Source: Amphiscolops sp. MND2022 (taxonomy: Eukaryota). From it: a DNA stretch of 64,000 bases. This document shows positions 1 through 13,159 of the stretch, piece by piece. A program made the position numbers and the translations under genes. Location: the NCBI GenBank assembly GCA_964187785.1, contig OZ076409.1, forward strand, positions 45,386,001 through 45,450,000, read 5' to 3'. How positions within the stretch are numbered: position 1 is the first letter of the stretch; every line of letters begins with the position of its first letter. The notes beneath the pieces are model-generated. The model saw only the letters and a list, made by a program, of their open reading frames with translations. It was not told where the DNA came from and did no database searches.

Positions 1-2676
1 CGTCCGCTTCCCTTAAACACGCAAACAAATCCAAAGATACATTGGATTCATCAACTACTACCGAAATAATATACCGCGGCTATCAGAAAAATTGAGACAA
101 TATTAAGAGCTCCTCAAAACTGAAACACAACTAACAATCACAGAAGAGCTACTGGATGACTACAACACCGCATTAGCAGACGCCTGTGGACTAGCACTTA
201 AACAACCTATCACAGGACGACAATACGTCATCATGGCAGACGCCAGCTTCAGAACATCGGGATACGCACTAATGATAGAAGAACAGGATGAGAAAAAATT
301 AACTTCCAGAAAGAAAACTTTCGCCCCAGTAGCAATTGGTTCAAAAGTATTTTTGCCTGCACAACTCAAAACGTCTATATACTGCAAGGAATTCCTAGCA
401 ATTTACCATGCATTCCTCGAGTATAGCCATATACTATGGGAAACCACCTTACCTACATTAAACATGACGGATAACAGATCAGTCACTGGGTTTTTCCAAA
501 CAAAAGCAATACCACCGACTCTACGAAACGCCTGTGACTACGTCCTCCAATTCAACTTCAGGATCACACACGTAGCAGGAACGCTCAACACGGCAGCAGA
601 TTTCCTGTCCAGACTGGAGCTCACCCCAAAAGAAAAATTGAACTCAGCATCCGAGAAAACATACAAACCATCCCCATACAAATAAACATGCAATCAACCA
701 ATGTAGCAGAAGAAGAACAACAGTTCTTCTTACCGGACGAAACAATAGAAACTGACGAAGAAATCTTATCCAGAAAACAACGTGCCAAAGAGCGCGCACA
801 AGCAGAGGCCCAGGTTCTAATCACAGCGACAATCCAGGAAGCCAATATAATCCCTATCAACACAACGTCCTATGCACTAGGAGCCATTAAAGAAAACGCA
901 CGAATCAGAAACGAACAAGATGCAGACATCATCCTAAAGGCAATCAAAGCTAAATTAGCAAACGAAGAACATGATGAACACTTACTAAAAACCAATCCGA
1001 TAGCACAGAAATTATTCAAACACGAAACCCGAATAATCATCAAAGACGGAGTGCTAATGCGCAAATATTACGGAGAATGTTTCCAAATTACCCACTACCA
1101 AATAACACTACCAACCCGAATCATTCCCGAGCTACTAAAAACCTTACATGGAGCAACAGCCAAACACCCAGGAATCCCAAAGACGATACAGGAGTGCCGA
1201 GCGAAACATTACCATCCAGGGTTAGCCAAACACATCAAAATATGGGTAACAAGCTGCCAGGAATGCATCAAATACAAGAGGATCAACACACGCCAAATAC
1301 GCCCAAAAATGATCAACCCCACAGACTTCTCAATGGGACCAGAAGACATACTCGAGATTGATATACTGCCCAACTTACCAAGCTCAGCAGGATATCAACA
1401 CATCATCACGATGATAGATGTATTCTCACGTTACCTTTTCGCATACCCAACGCAAAACATGACGGCACAAACAGTGGGAAAATGCATCATTGACGTTTTG
1501 ACGAGACACGCCTACCTTCCCAGCACAATAATTTCAGACAAAGGATCGCAGTTCACAGCAGAAGTAGTACAAGAGATAAGCAAGATACTAGACATAGAAA
1601 TTAGACACGCAACCACAAAACATGCGCAAACAATCGGCATCCTCGAAAGGACCCATGCCTCAATCAAAACTGCATTAAAAATCTCAAAAAGAGAAAGAAA
1701 ATCAGTGTGGCACAATTATGTACAAATTGCGGTTATGAATCACAACACAACGTAACACGAAAGCATTGGTTGTGAACCACAAACCGTTTTTCACGGACGC
1801 ATTCCCTACAACGCACTGGATCTCAAATTAGGGATCAAACCACAATGGCAGCATTAACGCAACACAGAGGTGGCAGACCAACTACAGAAACAGCTCAATG
1901 AGATGCAAAATGGAGTCAAGGAAAACCTAATGTTGTCATACATCAAATACGTGCGCTACTACGACAGAAAGGCGGACGCAACCCCTTTGAAGGTCAACGA
2001 GTACTGCTACGTTCTCAATCCAAAAGCAGATAACAAATCCATCAAATTCTCGTTCAACGAATGCATGTGAACGGGTCCTTATGTAATTGTCAAGGTCCTC
2101 TCAAATAACAACTACACTATACGCAAACTGGGCACCAGATACACCCAGACATTACATATAATACGTCTACGAATCTACATGCCAGACCGATGTCTACCTG
2201 ACGTAACAGTCAAGCAAACGGATTACCTACCCGACCCAGATGTACTAGTACAACACAATGAATGGTACGCCAAAGCTTGGGAGTCCAATTTTGAGGACGA
2301 AAACAGAAACATAAGGCCTACAAACCAAACAACCAATAGTCCACAAAATGTTCAAGAAATCACCTCAAACGACAATCATTGCAAAATCGACGAATACATA
2401 ACGTCCATCCCGGATTTTTCTAATCTGACTACAGACGCAGGTGAAAACCCTTTCATAACTAGCCCCCCGCCAATAGACGACCTAGACTACCAAGACGAAT
2501 CATCCCCTATTTCAGTAGGATTTAATCCAAGAAAAGTCACAGACTATAATTTAAGGCCAAACCATATGCCTAAAATGAAACCTAACTTTCGAAGACTAGA
2601 AGCTATCGACTTGACTCAGATTATAGAACAAACATCAGAGTCCAGACCGAACCAGCCTGACGAGTTTCAATTATAA
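1..2676 (+). pseudogene. pol: E1 pol (RT connection, RNase H, integrase), disrupted
   Basis: DASFRTSGY...KEFLAI...TDNRS (RNase H); HPG..C..C zinc motif; D-D-E core (EIDIL/ISDKG/ILERTH); GPY region; YNLRP tail. Frameshift near 650-690 and stops at 1753, 1855 and 2068. Confidence 0.9.
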
Positions 2677-2863
2677 ATAACTCAACTCAAAATCAATTTA
2701 AAATAAAAGTTCCAGTCCAAACTTCAAGACAAACTAACCTAACCATGGCAAACATACAATGCAACAATCAACAATAATAGTAATAAAAGTCAATCAATTG
2801 GCAGGAAACCTTTGACGACCTAGAACCGCCCTGCGACTTGGATTCACCTTTCGAGCCAGCGTG

Positions 2864-5800
2864 TCATCTACCTCCACAACCTCCACAACCAAAAACTGAC
2901 TTCACAAACGCCCCTCCATCATCATTCGAGGCTTGAGGCTTGCCAACAGACTTTGTAGACACAACGGACGACGTACCAACTGACAATTGTGTTGTCCCGA
3001 ATTTAACAATTGGGGAAGCAACAAGAACTTGGCAATTAGCAATGTTAGCTGTTTTATAATATGATTCAGCACTCTTCACCTGTTCCTGCAAACAAGAGGT
3101 GTAAGCACCATCCAAACAGCGAAACAAATTAACAAAATCTCCAGTGCACACGCCTTCCCAAGGGTTAAAATCAGTTTTCTCCATAAAAGCATCAGCACTG
3201 CCCAATGCCTGCCGGACTCTATCGATTGTAGTTGAGGAGAAGAACGAAGACTGGTCGTAACTTGAAGAGCTCACAAAGGACTGCACGCTTCTCAAACACG
3301 ACGTCAGCAACCCAGGACGAACAGCACACTCGCTAAAATCGAAATCGATAAATGCCGGAGCAACATCCTGGCTCTCAATAAATAAGCAACACAACTGGAA
3401 CACCCGCATGAGACAATGACGAGACTGAAAAACATATTGACGCATCAGATACGTCACCACATTTTTGACATCGATGGAAATAGTCCCACCAGACACATGC
3501 CATTGCCGAGCTTCCACTACGTAGGACAAGAATTCTGCCTTGCTCTCAGTAACTTCACCTGAGGACCACAATCCACAGCGACCAAGACTGCCCACATGTT
3601 TTGCGAATAAGTCAAAAACAACGACGTCATCGCCGGCAAGCAACAATTCTGGGCAAAAACAATACAAGCCCTGAGAGACTGGTGATGAACAAAAGACAGT
3701 CTGACGAATCTTGTCCACAAGGCGATCAAGAAAGCAACGACAGTCCAAACGAAACTCTCGGGCACCACTCATCTTGGCTGCCAACAGAATCTCTCCAAAG
3801 TACTGATTAACTAAAAACAAGTCGTCAGGAATAGGGCTCATCTTCTTCACAGACTCTGGCGTCATATATCCCTCCCACTGATGGATACTAGGCAAGCTAC
3901 CCAGAGCACGAGTCTTCCCCAGCAGACAAAAAACAAAGTGACACAGCTCGTTATAACAATGGAAGCCATAATTGTCACGTCGCTGCGACCATTTCTTGAA
4001 ATTCAGGTGAACTGAAAAACACACGTGCTTTCGGCGAACATACCAAATAACGCATTACCAGCACAGGAAGAACAACAGATAACAATCGGAGCCAGTCTAA
4101 CAAATACAGTAAATTACCAAACAAGAGTAAACAGAAACAACCACAATCGCATCCCAGAATACAAACAGGAATACTCACACAACTCGAGGACCTTCTGCAA
4201 GAGTCCGAGTCTAACAGGAATTAACTTGTCGGGAAAGATCAGCCAATCAGTTCCCCGGGTCTGAAACAAACACATAACAATACAAAGCAAAAACCATACA
4301 AACCACCGCAAACTAAACAGATGACAATATTACGTCGACATAATACTCACATCGTCCTTTTTCTCCTTGATATGCGCCGGACCAGTATAGCGCACAAAAT
4401 GCTGAATGGGCTGCCACAGTGACACTAGATCCTCGACAACAGCAGGCAAATCTTCAAAGGACACCCGCCCCGCACGCACACAACACCGGAGGACAACATG
4501 ACCATCAAGCCATTCTTCTTGGAGAGCAGTACGCAGTAGCGACATCAGATGATCAACTACTGTCACGATGTCAATCATTCCGAAGATGTCCTGGTGAGCT
4601 TGTTGAACACACTTCATCAATACAACAGGTCTAAAAGGCCGATAGGGCACAAACGTCATTCCATCGTCGCGCACAGCAATCAAACAGTTAATCAATGACG
4701 AAGTGCCACTGACAACAGCCACAGGGAATTTTGAGCCTCCCACACTACTGGCAATGCAACTCAGGCATGACAACTCAGCGCGAGGTAGTCGTGTATCAAG
4801 GTCCTCCACAAGAACACACACCCGTTTCAGCCGTAGTTCATCCCATGTCCGCACATAGCAATAGATGCCATCTCTTTCTTCCTTGAACTCCACACTGTAG
4901 TCTTTGAAACGTTCAACAGCAGTAAACACAGAGGGAAGAACACGCGGATACATCGCGTCACAGATGAGCGCCTACAAATACGAACACACCCAATAAATCT
5001 ATGTGTATACTGTCAGTCAACAAAAAAAACTAAAACATCGAGACTGAAACAAAAATGGTAAGAGTCCTCATCACACAACTTAACGCAAAACTTACCAAAG
5101 TCTCTGGCTTACTCCAGACGATGTGGTAAACTGGATCCGACTCAGACAAGGAAGCCCAAAAGAAACCCCACAAACGGCGTAACATGCTAATTGATCATCA
5201 GTGAGAGTAACAGCCTGACGCAACTGATTGTAAACTGGCAACCCATTGTGGACGCGATAAGTCACGTCGCGCTCCCAATGTCGATCCGAAGCAAAATGAT
5301 GATTGATCTCTCCTGACGAACAACTCTCTATTGAAACATCTCGTTCACACATTGGACAAAAGAAGCTAGTCGACTTCCCATTTTTGGACCCAGAAACAAA
5401 TTCGGACAAAATGTCGTTGCCAGCAACCATGTCCTTACGAAGATGATTCCGAGAGTTTTATTTCCTTTTCTTCTTGGGCGTAGTAACCAATTTGTCCAGC
5501 GAGTCACCAATTTTAGCAGCAAAATCAGCGAGTCCTTTAACAACAGACATATGCCCGACTGACCTTTCAGAGTAGCCTTGAGTACAGGAAACACACTACA
5601 CAACCCTATCCTACTCTACAAATACACATACGCCCAAAAAACCAACCTGAAACTAATGGATCCACAGCAGTAGATTCAACCTCTGAGGCAATATGGCGAC
5701 CCAAACTCATCACTTGTGCAGACGTCATCGTCACGGGCGTCCCACCAAGGAAATCGCTATCATCAGCTCCTACAATACCAAAAGTCGGAAAACTTGAGAA

Positions 5801-6636
5801 AAGAAAACCTTTTTACCGACAACAAAGCTGACGGGATTTGAAATCACAACTAACTGTCGAAACGTTTCCGAATACACTCAGCTGAATATGAAGTTGACAG
5901 GGACGACACCCGTGAACGTCCTGGGGGAGTTTTCGGAAAGGATAACACAATGTCATTGTCATCGTCATCACTTTCAGTACCACTGTGCTGACTAGAGGCA
6001 TGTACTGTTGACAAACCTTGGAACACCCCCAGCAATAAAACCACAAAAACAATAACAACAAAAAGTGCAAACAAAAGGAAAACAAAACTTGACCAAAAAA
6101 ACTTACTACGTCTTGTCTTGCGTGTCTTGCCAGAGTTCGTAGGGAAGCTCAGTTTTTCCTGGTTAGTAACTTCCACGGAACCCTCATTTGCGGTCGCACA
6201 TCCAGTAAGTTACTCTCCTCGCTCTTCCTCGGTCGCTTCCCGGCGGAAATCTGAATCACCCGTGGGGGACAACTCCTCGCGGGACCGAGTAGATTCAATT
6301 TGTCCAGGTCTTGACGGAGTAGCGTCGAGAGGAACGCGTGGGGAGGAACAAGAGGTAAGCCCAGAGACCACAGCAGGGACTGGAAAGAAAGAATTGAAAA
6401 GTCAAAACTGACTAACTAGTCAACACGTATAAGTAATTGACCTGATCAATCAATGAAAATACGATGTTGGGGCTAGATGGAATTCTCAAAATAGAACTAA
6501 CCAAGACGAACAGATGGATCGGTTTTTCCCCCACACTAAGGAAGATGTCGCCCTCAGAAAAACGGTATTGGGTCTCCTCCCCACTAGTCACATCAGATTG
6601 CACTGGCATAAACGAAGCAGTCTGCGCCTCAGACAT
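2864..6636 (-). CDS. E1 antisense spliced gene: ZnF plus degenerate hAT-transposase-like protein (this copy has an indel in the ZnF exon)
   Basis: Predicted GT-AG introns 4972-5095, 4261-4350 and 4012-4178 join ORFs in frame (WSKPETL|ALICDAM; KKDD|TRGT; VLEL|FHLNF). ZnF is CPMC..EINHHFASDRH. The upstream exons (ATG at 6636, MSEAQ) are less certain. Confidence 0.7.
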
Positions 6637-6900
6637 CAGAATACAACAAAACTCTAAAAAGAAAAACATCAACTGCCAAACAATTAACGAGCCAATGTCA
6701 AGCTCACGTCAAACAATCTGATAACGAATTAACATCCAATAAAATTCACCGAAACTCCGAATTAAATAAAAGAAGGAAAAGAAAAGGAACAGCCAATCAA
6801 ATTTGGGGATTTGCTCCGAAGAAAAGGAAACAACATTACTTCCTTCAGTACGCAATGAACCAAATCCAAGTAGAGCTGCTACTCCTAACGCTAAATAACA

Positions 6901-7599
6901 ATGGAGGTCGTAGAACTGATTAAATTGATCTCTCCTTGTAAATCCGATTCCAACTCACAAGCTGCAAGTACCCCCGTGCCCAAAACGAAAGGCACAAGAA
7001 GAAAACAAACATTAAACTTACCTTCTGCCTCCCTTGAAGAAAAAATCAGCGACGACGACGAACTTGAATCGTCAATAGAGATGATACAAGAAAAATACAA
7101 GAGGATGAGACTAGAAAGCGATAAAAATAGTTTCATCTCCTTACTTTCAGAGAAAGGCTACCCCCAATCAAATCCTGAAAGTCCCTCTTCTCAATCTGGA
7201 TTCATGGAGGAAGGACAGGGAACTAATTCTTCGGACTACGAAGAAGGAAGCGTAATGGACACTGGCCTGGCAGCGAGAGAAAACTCGAACAAAGAAAACC
7301 ACTCACCTTATTTCATCAGCCCACCGGGACCACTAAAACAACTAGAAGTAAGAGTAAAGAGCTCCCTAAACGATCTGATCAGCCCGCAAGTGTCAATGTC
7401 ACCACAACGATCACAACGAGAAGCAGTCTACCAAGCCTACAAGCAGTCCTCACCCGCTTGCCAGCCATTCGCGAGGCAGTTTCGACCCATGACAGTGGCC
7501 CTGTCACACTCCGCTCCAGGACTGGCATGTTACTGCCGAAAAACACAGTTTGGAAGAAGGCATGGTTGTCTAATGTCAGCTAAGTACTGTTGGAAATAA
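6901..7599 (+). CDS. E1 sense 3' accessory ORF, 232 aa, acidic/Ser-rich with Cys-rich C-terminus
   Basis: Open frame directly before or overlapping the presumed 3' LTR; same position as the E3 352-aa ORF. Confidence 0.55.
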   Translation: MEVVELIKLISPCKSDSNSQAASTPVPKTKGTRRKQTLNLPSASLEEKISDDDELESSIEMIQEKYKRMRLESDKNSFISLLSEKGYPQSNPESPSSQSGFMEEGQGTNSSDYEEGSVMDTGLAARENSNKENHSPYFISPPGPLKQLEVRVKSSLNDLISPQVSMSPQRSQREAVYQAYKQSSPACQPFARQFRPMTVALSHSAPGLACYCRKTQFGRRHGCLMSAKYCWK

Positions 7600-9642
7600 A
7601 ACAATCCTAACTCAATAACAATGGAACAAACTGTGACTAAGAAAAGCGCGTTCATCGAGGAAAAATATTCCGCCTATTAAAAGAAAACAACATAAAAAAC
7701 TTTAGATGACTCGAACTTTTTCAATAACCTCGGATGACCACGTGTCGTAAGCTTATCGCTGAGAAATTAAACCTAAAATGTAACACTAAAAGTGATTATG
7801 CTACCTTTCTAATAAACAAAACCGATTCCAAGTAGAGTTACATTCAACCACTACGTTGGAAAAAAGAGTGTGACTTGTAATCCAAACGTTTTCTATTAGC
7901 AATAAAACATCCATCAAGTAAAGTCAATTTAACTACAATGCTATCGCAACTTATTAGGACGCATTTAACGACACGCTTATACCGCGAGATACTCGCAATT
8001 ACTACACTAAGCGAACGTGTGGCCTACTGAGCTTAATTGAGATGACCATTAAACAACGTCGCACTTACGTCACTCATTCAACTAGTACGAAGGATTAGCT
8101 AACGTCGCTCTTACGTCATACCAGTGCTGTGCACTCAAAAAGTTTGAACTAATAGCTTACGTCGCAACTACGTCAAAAGTGTACTAACTAAACCTTGACA
8201 TGCTACGTCAGCGCTACGTCAAGCGAAAATTTGTATTTACTATTGAGTCTCAGCAATCGATGCGTACGCTCATTTCTGAGTAGGTAATTGACTATTTCCT
8301 AAGATCACAAACCACTATGGGATTTTTTCGAAAAATCTAACTCCTATAGTTCACAATACGATCAAGGTCACAGTTCAACGATAATTAATACCCCAGAACT
8401 CAATACCCCAACCATTTCTAATAACTTAGAAACCCAATCGTCAGTTTGAAGTTCAATGTTTGTTAAATTGATGTTATGTTAGATTTATAACTGTTGCACT
8501 GAATTTTCCTGAGACGTTGATCTGTTATAGAGAGACGTCTCATCAACGTTGCTATATTAATGAAGCTCAAGATAATTTGCACGTCATACGTGCGTCAAAA
8601 CGATGCTTTGTTTCATATTCCTTGAGTAATCTCCATCATCAGCATGTATTTTAATGTTCAGATTTATTCACCAAAATGGGAATCCTTATTTTCTCCTAGC
8701 ATCAATCCAAAAGATATTAACATACGGGAACTTTTTCCATCAATTTTCAAGGATACTTTCCTGCCACAAGTATTGGCCACTTTCTTCTCGCAGTTTTGAT
8801 TCTTTCCCGTCATTTGACGATCAAGTTGGGTTGTTTCAGTGACAATGAAATCTAAGATGAATCACATTTCCGGTTTAGCCATTTTTTCCCGCTAATAACC
8901 ATCTTTTTAAGGAATTTCTTGAATCCATGACAGAAACATTGTTGATTTCATGACGCTACTCGTGACATGTTCCGAGATCAGGCTTATTTTTCCCGGATGT
9001 GACGATATTCGAGCGTTCCCCGAGGGACGCCCGCATGAACGAATGATGCTAGGAAGGTATATATAAGTGTAAAATAGAGGAGTTGATAAATTAATTCCCC
9101 GTCTTTGAATAATTTGTTAAAAGTTTATTCTAACTTGCTGTAATTGCCTATCCTGAATTTCTTGACTTGTATTCTGCTATTTTCGAGAACCTCGAATTAA
9201 TCAATAAATTTTTGATCAACAACGTTCCCCGAAATTTCCTGGGTACCCATGTCTACTAGAGCCCAGATGAGAAGAGCAGTATGCCAAGAGGAAGAAGTAC
9301 AAGAGTACATAGACCCATCACTACCTAGGGTCCTTAGCTCTGAGTTTAGGGGAGTTGTTGATAACGTCCCATCTACGTCAGTAGGTGAAAGAATGTCACA
9401 AGGCTTGAATGAACTTGAAAGCTTGAAATCCTCCTTGAGAAAAAAGATTACAGAAGAAATAAAAGCTTCAGTTGCCGAGTCTCAAAATGGAATCATACAA
9501 GCCCGCAGGCCTGTTAACAGAGACGACACTGAATCAGGTGATCTAGACCCAGAAACTACGCCAGTTAGAATACGTCCCTCTCTAAGTAAAATTTTGCGGT
9601 TCAACGATGCCCAAATTCTCGAGCCAGATTGTTCTGGTACCA
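7502..9642 (+). repeat. Putative 3' LTR of E1 (boundaries approximate)
   Basis: Begins TGTCAC like E2-type LTRs, contains a CGTC-N7-CGTC array, a TATATA box near 9058 and a gag-N-terminus-like ORF at 9249. No partner copy or TSD is available to confirm it. Confidence 0.4.
8057..8600 (+). promoter_or_regulatory. E1 dyad array CGTC-N7-CGTC
   Basis: acgtcgcacttacgtca, acgtcgctcttacgtca, acgtcgcaactacgtca, acgtcagcgctacgtca, acgtcatacgtgcgtca. Confidence 0.6.
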
Positions 9643-9656
9643 CCTATAACTCCTGA
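9249..9656 (+). CDS. LTR-borne gag N-terminus-like ORF (truncated)
   Basis: Downstream of a TATA box. Basic start plus a coiled-coil-like segment (LESLKSSLRKKITEEIK) parallels the LTR-encoded gag starts of E2 and E3. Confidence 0.45.
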   Translation: MSTRAQMRRAVCQEEEVQEYIDPSLPRVLSSEFRGVVDNVPSTSVGERMSQGLNELESLKSSLRKKITEEIKASVAESQNGIIQARRPVNRDDTESGDLDPETTPVRIRPSLSKILRFNDAQILEPDCSGTTYNS

Positions 9657-9787
9657 GATTGTTGACGACAATGTGTCTCAGCTGAGAGAAAAATAAACAA
9701 AAAAACTACAGGAAAAAGATCATGGAGAAAAGTTGTGAAAGAATCTGGAAGAGTTTTTTCCAAGGTGAAAGTTTCTGGGATAGCTAC

Positions 9788-9910
9788 AAGAACGTATTTA
9801 CAACCAGAACACACGACGTTAGTCTCAAACGCAATGACAAACGAAACGTATTTAGAAGAACGTACTTACAACCAGAACACACGACGTTAGTCTCGAACGC
9901 AATGACAAAA
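9788..9910. repeat. Tandem duplication, about 69-bp unit x2
   Basis: agaacgta.ttacaaccagaacacacgacgttagtctc.aacgcaatgacaaa occurs twice. Confidence 0.8.
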
Positions 9911-10975
9911 GAAAACTCTTTTATGACAGAACAATTCCATGAAACGTTTCAAAAGGCATTTTCGAAAACAACCTTTGATGAATAGTAACTAGAGGTTGTC
10001 GAAAAAGTGATCCAAATATTGCCAATGAATAATAAACTTTAATATGGGTATTGAAATGATCTGTTGACAATCAATATCTTAGCCAAACACCCTATTTCCA
10101 TCAATACAAACAAAACATTAGACTTTGACGGACTGCATTTGAGCAACACTGAACGACTTAGTCGGAAAGGCCCAATTTGCGTGCTCGCGATATGTAACTT
10201 CTGCTGCCAAATTGATGCTTTGCCATGGAACGAGTCAGGCGTTGATTTTATCTGAAACACTTAATGAAGAATAAAATGATGATTCTTTTTTGTATTGCCC
10301 TCTTCCATAACTGTGACAAAATCGCGCCATTTTAGTAGAGTTCTTGTAAAAAATGCTTGCTCCCAAAAATTTAAAGAAAAACTTCGATTGAAAAAGATCA
10401 TCAGAGATGACTAAGAAAATTTTTTGACTAAATTCAACACTGTGCGCTCGTTTTAGGCACTTTTTGAGCATTTCTGGAACTGTCGGGGTTCGAAAAGTCA
10501 ACTTGGTTGCTGTTATTTTGTCTCCGACTGAATCATGCATCTTGAGGTTCTCCTTGATACAAGTATTACGTCCGTAGCCCATGTTCAGCGGTTACTCGGT
10601 GAACTGTCGAACCATGTATCAGTTATAATGCGGTTGAGACATAGATGGTGATCAGATATTATAACTTTGACGTCCAGCACAAGGAGCATATGCTAGAGCT
10701 GGGAAAATGCGATAGTTGCCTGGAGAATATACCAAGTATTTCTAAGAGCCTGTAGTCAGTTTTTTATAAGAATGTTTTTTGGCGAACTCTTTTAGCGTCG
10801 AGAAAACTCTTCAGTTTTTGAATCCGAGTGACGTGCTGGCACGCCCAAATTCCGGACACGTTCAAAAAGGACGTTCAAACGGTTCACGTTTCGATTTTCC
10901 TAACACGTTTCTTAATACCGTACCTACGCCTGGAAATAAATCGGCAGTCTCTGGAGGACATAACGAGAATGCTAT

Positions 10976-13159
10976 TGTCATGCCAGCATGATGGAAATGT
11001 AATCTACTTAATATCTGTAATGTAAATATTATGTCTTATGTACTTAGATATGGGCAATATGATGTCGTATAATAAGGGCCATGGTTGTGAGCAACCCTAC
11101 GTTACTTGTACTTTAATCCCTTCCCCTTTTGAGTGTGAGTTATATATATTTACTTAATACTGAGCGCTCTAGTTCCGGTGTCCGCATAAATGATCTTGCC
11201 AGAATCTAGCCTTGAAAGTGCTATATTTCATAAATATTGGTTTGTCACGACAAGGGAGAGAAGTTTTCCGGTCAGACTGGACCGAGGAATATTGGAAGTA
11301 ATGGAAAATATAACTTCTACTAACTCCCCGCCTCAGAGTATGTAGTTGTGACAAATTCCATTAAATTCATCACAAATTCATCGTCGAATTTGATGACAAT
11401 TTTGATCTGATCAGAAATTTCACTTGGATCCATCAGCGGGTTCAACGGTGTTTTTAACCAAAGTTCATCGCAATCCCATCCTTAAAGTTTGCGAGTGAAC
11501 AAAACATGGGACTTTAAACTGACTTTCATCAGAAATCCATCAACGGATTTTATGGGACTTATTCTAGTAAAACTCATCTTTAATTCATCGTGATTATTTC
11601 ATTTAGTAATTCCTGAATGTGCTTCTCATTTCTAAAGAACAGTAGTCCATCCTTTATTCATCGCGTTCACTAGTACGGAAGAGAAATGAGAAAGTACATC
11701 CTTAATTCATCCTAAAAAAGAGTGAAAGTGCTGGTTATCTGATTTGTTTAGTAAACCCATCCTCAATTCATCTTGATTTCGTTTGTGCTGAAAATTAACC
11801 ATTTAAGCGGGTGAGTTCATCCTAAACTCATCGCCAATTTGTACTGCTTTGGTATTTGCTGTTTTAACTGACAAGTTCATCCTAAACTCATCGCCAAAAT
11901 TCTCCTGTACTAGAATTAGCGTTTATCGACTGAATTCATCCCTAATTCATCGTCATTTGAATCTGTGCTGGAAATTGGCAAATTATGCATGGAGTTCATC
12001 CTTTTGTCATCGTCAGTTTGAATTGTGTTGATTTCCGAGCGAGAAAGACTATCATTCATCGCATTTTCATCCAGAGCAAAACTAGACTTGGAAATCAGCA
12101 AATATTCTTACAAGTTCATCGCATTTCCATCTTCAAGTTTTAAATCATTGATTTTGGCGCTAAAATCAGCGGAAAACATCGTTTTCCCAGTCCAAAGTGT
12201 GCTTCACCTTAAATTTGATTGAAATTAGTGCGTTATTGAATGATTTGAGTCCATTTTAGTTGCTATAGAAACCATGATGTTATGTGCAGGCAATTGCGAC
12301 ATTGTAAATTGATGACTAAACACCATTAACACATGTAAATGTACCATGGTGCGTGGCCACTTTGCGGCAGTTCACAACACTGGTCACGTGACTTACCATT
12401 TTAACACCAGCTGGTAACAGCCAATGAGAGAAGGTTGGTAAGAGATTTAGCGTCTTATCAACCGAAAAGACACGTGAACTGCTGTAATTTGGACCGCCAT
12501 TAAATATTACTCAGCCCGAATTGCGACAAGCTACCGACCAGTTGGATATTTTAACACGCAAAAGTCAGAAAACACATCTCTATTTCATCTTCAGAAATTG
12601 AGAAATTTAAACTGAGTAATTTCTTGGTACATCTACGACTGCGATGAACATTGGATGAACTTCTTCTGAATAACTTGCTAGTTTTCTTTTCCTTATATAA
12701 CTGCTTACTTATTTGTACGACTACTTTCTAAAACATCTCAGTTCAAATTAGTGAATTTTGGGATCGAACTTTCAGTTAAATCAGCAAGATACATCGAAAA
12801 CACATCTCAGATAATTCAGTCTTCACTCATAATTCTTTTCTCTCGAATACATGAATCCGGACCAAGGCACTGAACTTAGAAGCGGTAGAGTTATACATTC
12901 CTCGTCAGGAACATCTTCTCCAATAGATCCAGACATGGCTCAATCGTCCGCCAATGACTCTGACAATAACGAACCTTCAGATATCTCGTCCCAATTGTCT
13001 GAAATAAAAGAGAACTATGAGAAGAAGATAAATGAGTTACAAAGCGAATTTAGTCAACTGAAGAACTTATTGATGGCAGTTATTAGTAAAAATGATGAAA
13101 ATAACTACCTTCAACATCGCAAAGTTCTTCAAAGCCGACCCACAGAGTTGGGTTCGACA
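10976..13159 (+). repeat. E2 5' LTR (2184 bp)
   Basis: TGTCATGCC...TCGACA; about 99% identical by eye to 27476-29660. Confidence 0.95.
11366..12130 (+). promoter_or_regulatory. E2 LTR dyad array CATC-N7-CATC (duplicated at 27866-28630)
   Basis: About 12 dyads, e.g. catcctaaactcatc, catccctaattcatc, catccttttgtcatc, catcgcattttcatc. Confidence 0.75.

Larger units (their letters stand above)
1..9642 (+). mobile_element. E1: giant Ty3/Gypsy LTR retrotransposon, 5' part outside window, decayed
   Basis: RNaseH-integrase pol remnant (1-2676) homologous to E2/E3 pol, followed by the same antisense ZnF gene, sense 3' ORF and an LTR-like region. The 3' boundary is inferred, since the partner LTR is not in the window. 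Confidence 0.75.

Noticed and set aside
5850..6176. Hydrophobic stretch (FVFLLFALFVVIVFVVLLL) suggesting an env or transmembrane protein
   Set aside because: It comes from translating T-rich, probably intronic sequence of the antisense gene; no env-like ORF is visible in any element.
9650..10970. Short ORFs between E1 and E2
   Set aside because: No motif I can assign; probably unidentifiable decayed repeat.
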